Source of the DNA: Azolla caroliniana
Taxonomy: Eukaryota > Plantae > Polypodiophyta
Reading direction: 5' to 3'
DNA length: 64,000 bases
Assembly: GCA_043228905.1 (NCBI GenBank)
Contig: JBHGNT010000016.1
Coordinates: 10,292,001 to 10,356,000 of the forward strand
The translations under genes and the position numbers were made by a program. Below the pieces are notes generated by a model. The model saw only the letters and a program-made list of their open reading frames with translations. It made no database searches and was not told where the DNA came from. Below, piece by piece: positions 47,001 through 57,756 of this stretch (position 1 is its first letter; each line of letters starts with the position of its first letter).

Positions 47001-49732
47001 TTGCGGTAAGTATGGTGCTACTGCTTCGGCAATGTCAATTTCGAAGAGGGGTATGATCTACGGGTTTTCCAGCAAGTACTGAGCTTCCTCTTCGTCAACT
47101 AATCCTTCTAGCATGTTGACGCACTCTGCATACAATGGTGTACATTCCTTGCCAGTGCTCGTCCTTGGTTGTGTTGGTACTGTACCTTGGCTTTTCCTCG
47201 TCGGAAGGTAATTATATTTTTCCTCCAATTATGTTTGATATGTGCCGTTTTCAACCACGGCCGCCCCAGCAATAGCGGGTATGCGCCTTGTGCTTGTAAT
47301 TGTAGCACTACGGCCGAGATGTGAAATGTATGACCGCCCACGGTGACTTCTAATTTCCGTATTAATCTTGTCGGCCGTACTGAGCTTGTATCGGCCATCC
47401 GTAACCAGAACGGACACGGCTCCCACTCGTGGATTCCTAGGGCATCACACATCCGGAGGCTTATTACATTCACCCCGGAGCCTCCGTCTATAACTGTGCC
47501 GGGGAGTTCTTTCCCTTTTACAATGGCAGTGATTACCGGACTGTTGGTGTCCACCACCGTTGGTCCCTCCTACGGATTCGAGAAGAGTACTGGTGCCGAT
47601 GATGATTCTCCTGCCGTCATGGCCGTCTTCAGTCCTTCTGTGAATCTTGGCACGAGTTGTAGGAGTCTTCCTAGTGGTAGCGTAATTTGGCATTCTTGCA
47701 ACGCCTGCCATGTCTCGTTCTCGGAGTGACTGCCGCCGGCAAGCCCTACGTTGTTCTCCTTTTGCCGCTGTAAGTCTGTGACATTCTGCTCGTTTGCTCT
47801 CTTCACCCATTCCATCGCTTGCTTCCGGATGGTCTCTTGCGTCTCCCATTCCTTGGCCATGCCCTTCGACCTTGTGGTCACCTGCTGCAGATCTACCACC
47901 TCAGGGACTACCATATTTACCGCCAGTCATTTTTCATAGCTCTTCACCGGGCATTGATTACTATAATGGCCTTCCTGTCGGCAGTAGTAGCAGTAGGCTT
48001 TCCGGGTATTGCTGGATTCGGCATTGTCTGTTGTACCCGAGGTAGGTCCTGTGGTACGCGTGGGGTTTTGGGCCGGTTGGCTGCTTGAAGCTCCTTGTTC
48101 CGGATCCCGTGGGTAGCCGCCTTTTTTGAAATGCCGTTTTTTGTTATAGCTCTTCTTATTGCGGTACTCTTGACGAGGTTGCCCGTTATAACTGCCGTAT
48201 TCCTCCCGTTGCTGACGATACCCGGGGGAGTGCTCCCGGTCGTAATGTTCATATCGTCTATTGTAATCTCGGTACCGATCATGCTAGTCATAGTTATCCC
48301 GCCGATCACAGTACCGGACATCATTCTCCCGTCGATCGCCATACCGGACATCCTGTGTCGGTCGGTCGCGGTCCATTCGCCGCTAGCGTTCCTCTTCTTC
48401 ATCCTGGCTGCTGCGTGGCTCAATTTGTCGGACGAGCGGTGCTTGCCGGTTCAATAGATTATACTCGCACCTATATGTCGTATGGCCCTTGGATTGACAG
48501 AGTACACATTGCGTCCTCATAGTGCATTCTAGAACCGAGTGTCCGGAATTCAAGCAGGTTGTGCACTGTATTGCTTGCCGAAACCGGAGGTCTTCATCGG
48601 ACGGTAACGCCCGTTGGAGTGCTCCCAGTGTGAGCCAGGAGCTTGTCTTTTCCATCTCTCTCACCCGGTCAATGACTTGGTCGATGGTACTTGTGCGGAA
48701 GTCAATTACCGTGCAAACCGTGCGTAGGGGTTCCCGAAGCGCGTTTAGGAATATAGTCCGTAATTCCTCCTCTGGGGGTGCACGGGCAAGCTGACTATGC
48801 ATCCGTTGAAACCGGATGACAAACTGGGGAATGCTCTCCCCTGCCTCCTGTCGCATGGTATAAAATAAGCCTACCATTACGGTCTGGTCCACCTCCTTTC
48901 GGAAAAAATCCAAGAATTTAGCTTTTAAATCTGCAAAGGTGTTGATGGTAGACGGGTCTTGCGTCTAGCGCCATCTTGCTATCGGTCCCTCCAATGTGAC
49001 GCCAAATTCCGCTATCTTAGAGCATTCCTGTTCATCCGGGGTCAATCGCTGGGACACATGGTTGGCTTCCCATGTCAGTTCAAAGGCATGCACATGAGCT
49101 TCCGCATCCGGATCATCTCTATACTTGGAGTACTGGAACGGCATGTCGTCGTCCGGTATCGGTGCGCGGGCTGGCAGTGTTGGTGCTCGTTCCGGGATTT
49201 TCTCCGGCATCGGTGGTCTTTCCCGATTTGTTTCCGGCGTCGGTGGTCTTTCCTCTTCTTTTGGTGACGGAGGCCTCTCCTTTTCGATTTCCGGTGTCGG
49301 AGGTCGCTCTTCCTCTGCTGGTTCCGGGGGTTCCAACGTTAGCACTTCCGGTTCCGGTGTCGGTAAGGTATCCGATCCTTCGTCCTCCGGTCCGCCCGGG
49401 GTTTTGAGGCTGCTACGGTAGTTCGTGTGCACGCTATATTCCCCTTCGGAGTCCGATTCATATGCTGAAAAGGCTTCTGCTTCGTCTTCTCCGTTTGCCA
49501 ACGCCTGGAGAAGGGATTCGGTTTCTCGGAGGCTGCTTAGGCTACTGCCGTCGTCCGGGTGCGATGTTTGCTGTAACCAGAGGGAGTCCTCCGCTACTCT
49601 CCGGATTACGTTGGAAAACGAGCGACCCGTTCTAATTTCCTGCGCCGCTTGTTGGAACGCCTCACGTCTCCTTTGCCTTTCGGCAAGGCGTCGAGTTCGA
49701 TCTGTAACCAGGTCGTGCGTTGATCTAGTCAT
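44095..49732 (-). pseudogene. gag-pol: gag-pol of the non-chromoviral gypsy element (stops and frameshifts)
   Basis: Two knuckles CTTCLNSGHSVLEC and CVLCQSKGHTTYRC; PR VIDGGSG; RT VFLDDF; RH VFVDASD and EREALG; INT WGLDFVGP, LISDQ, NGLAES and WTGPY. Confidence 0.92.
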
Positions 49733-50226
49733 CCATCCGTGCCGTCGTTCATTGCAAAAACAGGAATCATGGTCGCCAAAACTGTGTTAACTCTTAGGGC
49801 CGGACAATGGCCTAACACAGGGTGTCTACGGAAGACACTTCACCAAAGGGGTGTTACGGCAACAGGATTAAACTCAACGATTAATCCGACTTAATTAGGT
49901 TACTTAGCATGATTTTCTTTAATAATCACACGCATAAGATATAACAATGAATGCAGAACGACAATTAACACAGAGAGATAACAACACTAAGCTTTATTAA
50001 TTAACCGCTATTCATTACATTGTATCCGAGCCTTTAAATAGGTTTCCGGTCTGTATTACAAAACGGTGTCATCTGCACCTGTTCGGGATCAGTCCGGATC
50101 CGGAACGGCATACAGATTCTGGTCCGTCCGTCCGTCCATAGTCATGGCTTACTTACAACCATTCCTACTAATTAAATAACTCCCCGTTTCACACTCTGGA
50201 CTCCTTTGCCGGCCGATAACAAAACC

Positions 50227-51762
50227 CCTCCTGGACTGATGATGGGGTAGTCAATTCGGAGTCGACCGTCTCCGAAGGATAGGAAACTGAATTTACCTTC
50301 ATACTTTTGCACGAGCATCTTGGCTTGCTAAATGTGATCGAGCGGTTGCACCAATTCACTATTGGATTGTGTGCCTCCAACCACGTTAGTCCTAAGACGA
50401 TCAGATGTCGAGGAGATGCGATGAGGTAAAAGGCAAGCTCCTCCTAGTGTGAGCCCACCCGAAGCCCTAATGGGATTGTAGCTTGAGTAATTGCACCTGA
50501 TGAGAGGACGCACCCGTCGATGGCTTCAACTGGAATGGGTTTTGAGAGGCCAACGACAGGTACGCCATGTGCTTGGGCAAACGCGACGTCGATGAAGCAA
50601 GAAGATGCCCCAGAATCAAGTAAAGCAACAGACTGAATGGAACTAGAGTTAAACGAAAGCCATACCTCCAATGTGAAATTGCCTGAAGGTCCGACAATGG
50701 AACCAAGAGAATGTGGGCAACGGGTGATGTCCAGTTGCATGGCTCCTATTGCAACCAAACGATGTCGTTTTCCGGATGTTGGGGTCCGTTTGTTCGATGG
50801 AATTATGGGCGAGTACTCCTAGGACAATGGCGAACGACATGACTGGAGGCGCCACAATACATGCACAAGCCATTAGCCCGCCGAAATTGTCGTTCAGCAT
50901 CAGTTAATGGACGAAGTCGGGCTTGATCAATTTCCATGGGGATAGGAGCATTTGCCAAAGTAGGCGAGTGTGAGGATGCCTGGGGTTGTATGACCAAGGC
51001 GTGGCATGGAAGTGAATGAGGTGGAACCCAAGTCCGGCGCTCTTCTTGACGAAATTCGAAAAGATGATTGTCACAATGGACTGCTTGTGAAATTGCTTGG
51101 GATAACGAGGTGGGCTCCGGAAAGTTTAAGAGAAGATTCTTAACATTACTTCAAAGGCCGCGCCGAAAGTGATCAGCTAAAGCTTGATCATTCCAACTGA
51201 CGTCGCATGCTAGTTGTCGAAATTCTGAAGCATAGACCGAAGCTGCACGCAAACCTTGTTCGAGTGCATAAATCTTGTTAAGAGTTGTACGTCGTCGGTC
51301 CGTCTCTCCAAATGTGGCCTCTAACTCGGCGAGGAAGGCGGGAAAGTCCTCCAATAGAGGTGACGAGGTTTCTACCAATGGTGCAAACCAAGCTTGGGCC
51401 GGACCGGAGAGAAGGGTGCCCACAAGGCCGACTTGTCGAAGACCATCTCCATAACGTTGAGGTTGTAGCCGAATGATAAGTCGAACTTGGTTGATGAACC
51501 CTCGGAAACGCGACCTTGTTCCATCAAATTTTTCTAGGAGGCTAACCTTAGGCTCAAGAAACTCTGACGAAGCTAGGCTAGATATTGGTAGAAGATCGGG
51601 CTCTAGGCTAGGTTGTTGTGGGAGACTAGGGTTCGGGGGTTGTGAGGATAGGGAGGTACCGACTTGAAGTTCTTGTAAAGAATTTCGAACAGCTTCATTT
51701 TCAAGCTGTAGTTGTCGTAAGGCTACCATTATTTGGCCTAACTCACTAGTTGAGTCGGACAT
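50227..51762 (-). pseudogene. gag: Chromovirus gag and protease
   Basis: ORF 51151..51762 (PKVSL.EKFDGTRS, YASEFRQLA), PMEID, CMYCGASSHVVRHC and ALLDSGAS. Confidence 0.9.
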
Positions 51763-54419
51763 AGCTCTGGCTTATGAGAGGGAGAGCTATGAGGATGGGA
51801 AGGTGAACAAACTGTCACTGATCATAAGCTCAAGAGACAAGCAAGAAGATAACCAAATGGACAAGAAAGAAGATAGTATTAAAGGAAAGACTCCATAACT
51901 GGTGTTGTTCACCTTGAATTCCTTTAAGGTGAACTCCTCTATTTATACTACATGGCATGCATACTTGTTGCACACATGTGAATCTACAATAGAGCATGTA
52001 GGTATGCATGCATGTGCCAAGTGTAAATACTACAAGGGAGCAAGTATGCACATGATGCTAGCAAAATAATAAGGACCAATTACATACATAACTATGTACT
52101 AGATATCTTGGTTAACTCATAATACTAGATTATAACATGGTCGTGTCAAGAGTTCGAATCTTGACATTCGTCTCGTCACTCACAACGTGTAACTCACTCT
52201 CCTTGGAGATTAGCAATAGTTCTTCCTCACTTGTTCCAACATTCCTTTCCCATCGAACTTCTCCAATCCGGACCCTTCTTCGAGTCGGCAATGTTGGTTC
52301 GTTTCTCCTTCCGAAAGTGTCGACAATTCTTCTGAAACTGCACCGACTTCCCACAATAGAAGCACGTAGGACTCCCCCTTGACTTTGACCTCTTCTCCGA
52401 TTTGTCGCGGTTCGGAGGGCTCCAATTCCGGCCTCTTCCTCGGTTATTGTCGTCTTCCGTAACCAAGGCGTTTGGATCTGTTTCGGATTCCCCGTCCTTC
52501 CGGCGAGCTTTTTCGTTTAACAAACTCGACTTCACTCTCGCCAGGGATAAGTTCTTTCCGTCCGGTCTGGCATTGCCCATAGTGACAACCAATGTCTCCT
52601 AGCTATCCAGAAGGGACTTGAGGAATAACAATGTCAGTACCTCGCCGGCTAGCGGTACTTCGAGGTACTTTGGCTAGCGGTACTATAGGGCAGAGGTACT
52701 ACAAAGTGAGACTCAGAGTCAATGACCTCGAGCTCTGTCTTCACCAGCCGACGGTTAAAATAGAAAAGCTTTCTGTATATATCTCTCTCTCAGCCGGCAG
52801 TTACACCTTCACAGTGTCAACAACACAAAATAGTGTTGCCCTAGTTATATTTATACATATATAACTTTCGGGTTATTTTCAAATATGACCTGAAATAGTC
52901 ACATCGGAACATATACATAAACTAATGTCTGGCCAAATACCAACCAGATCCATCCAATCCAGTTTCTGGGTTCAGTTCATCCGTCCAGTTCAGTTCATTC
53001 CTTCGGCTCATCTGATCCGGCTTGTCCGATTCTCATTCGAAGGGACCAAATTCCCAACAATTACTTCCTTAGGATCGAAGTGATCCAAACCCCCGATGAC
53101 ATATTGCTATCTCAGTGACACTATGTGTTGAATATGTTGTACAAGTTCCGCATGACCAAATGTTTACCGGTCTCAACACCCCTGATCATAATCAGAAGCT
53201 ACGTCCTGAATCCAGACTAGCCTGCAATGAGAAACGGTTATGGAAAATTGTCGGAAGCCTTATATATTTGACAATCACCCGACCCGACATCACTTATCTG
53301 GTCAGGGTGATCAGCCAGTTCATATAGAAGTCGATGGTCTAGCACCCTCAATGTGCACATCTACTATGGAGATATGTGAGCAGCACTAGGGATTGGGGAT
53401 TGTTGTACTGACACGGTATAACTGAAAAACTAGTCGGTTATACGGATGCCGACTAGGATGGTGATGCATCGGATCGGCAGTCAACATTTGGTCTCTCTCA
53501 GGAGCGCGACTGTTGCATGGAGCAGTAAGAGGCAAATGACAATGGCTCTATTGAGAAGTGAGCCTGAGTATCGGAGCGCTACCGTCACCACCTGTGAAGC
53601 CTTCTGGCTTCGACGGCTACTACAAGACCTCCGGATCGAAGTACCGACTCCGATCCCGATCTAATGTGACAACATCAATAGGATGCAACTGGCCAAGAAC
53701 CTTGTCTTTCATGCTCACACAAAGAACATAAAAGTGCATTACCAGTATGAAGTCGAACACCGATATGTTCAAATGGATTGATAGGTTGTCGACATCTTTA
53801 CCAAGCCACTCGGATTGGACAAGTTGCAACATTTCTCGGAGATGCTTGTGTTGCAACACCTCAACATGCCACACTTGAGGGGGAGAACCAGAAAAGGAAC
53901 CAGACACATAGGTAAAGGCACTGGAGAAGCAACTGGAGAAGAGAAAAAGACTGAAACAAGGGGAGACAAGAAGAAAAAGGGAGCCGAGTTGACTGAAGAA
54001 GTTGGCACATCCGAAAACGTTGGAATGAGCGACGACTGCGGTAGAGCCGATCGGAAGAAAAAGGCCAAGAGCCGGACGTGGTCTTATGTTGTGAACGGCC
54101 TGAAGACTGAGGACGAGTTGGAGACAACCAACTCGGACATGAGTGGGAATGAATGGAAAACAATTGATTCATTTAGAATGTTCGATTCGGACGAGCCAAA
54201 TCACTTGAAGGCCAAGCAGAAAAGAAGGCAGGGAAAGTCGACACCGACTCGAAGGAGTCGACATTTCGACAAGCGCCGAGGTCGCAATAACTAAGGAGCT
54301 GAGATGGGCCTCTTGAGCAGACAAGACGATCGAGAGGGTCGAGGTGCATTGTGGTTGGGAGCTTCACTCTGCTTCTTGCTTCCGTTTGTCTCCATGTTCA
54401 CAAATGGTGAAATCATTGG

Positions 54420-55088
54420 AGGTGTTGTCAGCTTACTATTGCCAATCCGTCGGCCGGAGGATCTCTAGATTACGACCTAGCATAAGACTTATCTCTATCT
54501 TCAGGACTTCTGTGTTTGCTTCTTCCTCTACTATGTTCTTGTGTCACATTGGCTTCCGATTGAGACAAAGCACTTTTATCCTTTCTTCTTGTCTCTTCAT
54601 TTAAAATACTTGTCTCTACTACTTGTAAAGATAGGTTGTCTTCTTTACATGGCACTCTGATACCATGTAAAGAGTTACGTGTAGAAGCTCGTAGACAAAA
54701 CCAACTTCACCGGATATTAACAGAAAATATGTTTAGGTTTAATGGAAGCTTCAAGATACATAGAGAGTATGCACGACAGAGAGAGCAGAACAACACAAAC
54801 TCAAATTCAAAAATATCACTCTGTTTACATACAATGTGCTCAACAAACACTTTTATACTTGTCCTTAAAGGGACTAACAGAAGTACTAACATGTACTTTA
54901 ATGTTCCTACCGAGCATCTAACACTTACTCCTAAAAATATGCCTACGTACTAGGCTAGGATTGTGGGCCTTAAAAGGCCTACCGGTTACACTCAGATCCG
55001 GACATTGATCTAGCTCTTCGTTCCGGACACCGATCCCGCACTGGCTTACTCAGCCGATCCGGATCAGGTTGAGCTTGCTCGCTCAATA
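54420..55088 (-). mobile_element. Copia family A LTR (54666-55088) with PBS (54654-54665), followed by a Tork-type gag piece
   Basis: LTR similar to 2475-2928; TGGTATCAGAGT; then LSLQVVETSILNEETRRK. Confidence 0.75.
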
Positions 55089-55481
55089 GTTCAAGATGAA
55101 GGATTTGGCATACCTTCATTACTTCCTCGGGATTGAAGTGATCCAAACTCCCAAAGGCATATTGATCAGCTAACCTCATTATGTGCTGAATATGCTCTTC
55201 AAATTCGGCATGGCGGACTATAAATTCGTTTCAACTCCTCTTGATAGAAATGTCAAGCTTCGCCTTGGATCGAGTTCCACTTGTGATGCAACATGACTGT
55301 GATAGATCGTCGGAAGTCTTATATATTTGACCATCACCCTACCGGATCTCAACTATCCAGTCGGTCTGATTAGTCAATTTATGTCATAGTCGACATCTGA
55401 AACCTTTAACGGGTTGCTATATCGGGCAGGTGTAGTCGAACAATTAGTTCGCTACACAGATGCCGACTGGGCGGAAGTGCG
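55089..55481 (+). pseudogene. Decayed copia RT/RNase H fragment
   Basis: FKMKDLAYLHYFLGIEVIQ, IVGSLIYLTIT and YTDADWA. Confidence 0.8.
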
Positions 55482-56134
55482 TGTTGTCTCTACTTCGAGA
55501 TAACACCTTCAATTACTCTTAAGCTAATTGTTTCAAGAGGTTGTGGTACATAGTGGTGGACAGGAATCCCTGAGCTTGCACGGATAGTTAATTACGGAAA
55601 AAACCGTTAGCCACAATCGGCCTAGTAAGTTGCACTAAAGAACTGCGATAGCTTGTTTGAATAACACAGATAGATTGCGCGAACATATTAGGCCCACAAG
55701 GAAAAATTATATTAATGTATTCACGTACAAGAGTTACACGGCTCACGGCCGGAGTCCTATTCTCATATACTCAGGAAAATAGTAAATCTCGCTAGATAAG
55801 GTATAACTTCTTCGCATTCTCCCCCTCTTGCTTCTGATTCTCCTTCTTGTTATATAGCTTCCCTTCTTGTTCGGCGCGCTTCAGTTACTCCTTTCTTCTT
55901 GGCCTTCATTCTCGATCGCTCGTATTTTGTTACTTTACTCCTTCCCGGTTGTCTTTTTCCACCTACTTTACCTACCCGAATCCTTAGATTCATTTCACAT
56001 TGTATCCCTTTTGTCCCATGGGACAATACCTTCGCACGTCGAATCGAAAACTCACAAAAAAATCGGAAATGAGCAGGTTGTGCTACAGTCATTTTTCTTC
56101 CAAAATGCCGAGGATGTCCTCGGGGGGTGGCTAC
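55482..56134. repeat. Probable LTR next to the gypsy remnant
   Basis: Starts TGTTG at the break in copia RNase H, non-coding, ends near GGGGGGTGGCTAC; no partner in the window. Confidence 0.4.
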
Positions 56135-57756
56135 GTCGATGCTTGAAGTGTCTCTTCTACTATATCATCGGTGTTGTGGAACTTGACTGGTGTTTCCAGT
56201 GGTTGGTTTTGTTACCTCCGTCGTGGACCCTGGAATTGTTACCTCCGGAAGAGGTTGGGTAATTGGTAGGTCCAATTGTTTGGTTTCCGCGCTCAGCCGT
56301 GGCTCCTCAGTTTCTTTTGCTGGCATTGTGGCTTCCTTGAGTATATTGGTCGTCGCTGCTTGTGCGGTGGCTGCTTCTTCTTGCTCCACGAGAAGGCGCT
56401 CTCGTTCATATGCGTCCGCATCCAGTCTCACTAGCATCAGATAGTCATTGAATTCTTCAAGAAGGTTCTTGATTTCCATGGTGTGCGTGCTTGCCTGGGC
56501 GTGGAATTCTTGAATGAGGTCTTCCTAGAGGATTTGGATGCTGCTTTTGTCCATCTTATAAAATCCTTGACCCTCTTTCTTCTGGTTTTCAGCGTCGGCT
56601 TGAAAAACCTATAATTCGGTTGCCTATGCCGACCATTCGTTCCACCCTCAAGTTAGATCCTCCTTGGTCCCTGACGAGCTCAATTGGATAGCTGAATCGA
56701 CACCATAGATATTCATAAACGAACTTGGCGGTAGACATGGCCGTGTTGTCGCGTAGCCTTTGCTTCGACCCATTTCGTGCAGTAATCGATAGCCACGATT
56801 GCGTATTTATTGCCAGTTCAGGCTGCTACTGGTTTAAACAGCCCGTCGAAATCTAATCCCCACTTCCGAAAAGGTTCTAATGGAAGTACCGATTGGTGAG
56901 GCATACGGGCTTGCTCGGTGGGTTGGCCCATTCGCTGACATAAGTCGCATTGTTTGTGGAATTCATTGGCATCCTTCTTTGTTGTCGGCCACCACAACCC
57001 ACTTTGCCAAATTTTCCGAACCGTGGTGCCACCGGCATAGTGACCACCAACTATCCCGTGATCGACCTCCCATAAGATCGCATCCTTTTCGAACCGGCAT
57101 AGCGCATGGCCCCCAGATGCCATCAAAGACTTTACAGTACAGGGTGTTGGTTACAAGGCAGAAATTTTGGCTACGAACTGCCAACCGTTTATTATCATCC
57201 ATGGTCAAATTGCCAGATGGAAGACTGGTGCTAACGAAATGTATCATTTCATTTATCCAATTGTCCTCGCTATCGGGCGATGGTGTGGCTATGTCTAACC
57301 CGAAACGGCTGACGTCGGGTAATTCATCGTATTCCATTGTGGCTGGTTCCCTTGATTCGAGCCGGCTCAAATAATCCGCGACCGCATGACGTCCCCCTAG
57401 TCGATGTTGGATGTCGAATTCGAATTCTTGGAGTAGCGACATCCAGCGGGCCAGTCGATGGGTCAGTGCCTACTTATTCACGAGATAGAGTAACGCCGAG
57501 GGGTCCACGTGGAACATAAACTTTCGGCCGAGCAAATAGTGCCGAAATTTCGTGATGTTGTTGATCATGTCGAGCGCTTCCGGTTCTGTTGTGGTGTAGT
57601 TTCTTTCAGCTATGGAGAGTCGGCGGCTAGCTTAGTAGATTGGGTGATACCAGTTTGGAGGCATCTTTTGCATAAGGGCACTCCCAATAGCCATGCCACG
57701 TCTGATGCGTTGACGAAGACATGGATAGGTTGCGACCAATCCGGCGGTTGCACCAT
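56135..57756 (-). pseudogene. Remnant of a non-chromoviral gypsy (RNase H, INT, end of ORF3)
   Basis: LLQEFEFDIQHR..HAVADYLSRLE, GHYAG..C..C and WGLDF; ORF3-like segment at 56165-56690. Confidence 0.85.

Larger units (their letters stand above)
36808..50221 (-). mobile_element. Non-chromoviral Ty3/gypsy (Athila/Phygy/Selgy-like) with an extra 3' ORF
   Basis: LTRs 36808-37240 and 49785-50221; TSD AAACT/AAACC. No chromodomain and no second RNase H seen. Lineage assignment is tentative. Confidence 0.9.
33470..52166 (-). mobile_element. Ty3/gypsy chromovirus (Tcn1-like)
   Basis: LTRs 33470-33825 and 51813-52166; TSD GTCGT/TTCGT; PPT-like AGGAGAGGG at 33826-33840; order gag-PR-RT-RH-INT-chromodomain. 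Confidence 0.93.
29427..53059 (-). mobile_element. Tork-like Ty1/copia, decayed, split by the chromovirus
   Basis: 3' LTR 29427-29991, partial 5' LTR ~52685-53059, perfect TSD ATTAC (29422-29426 and 53060-53064). Pol remnants at 30000-33469, gag remnant at 52172-52660. Confidence 0.9.
21572..54345 (+). mobile_element. Ty1/copia family A pol remnant hosting the main nest
   Basis: PR/INT/RT at 21572-24082, RT sliver (LSDVFEMKNL..HY) at 29379-29426, then YFLRIEVIQTP from 53060, RNase H and Pol extension to ~54345. No LTRs are retained. Confidence 0.8.
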
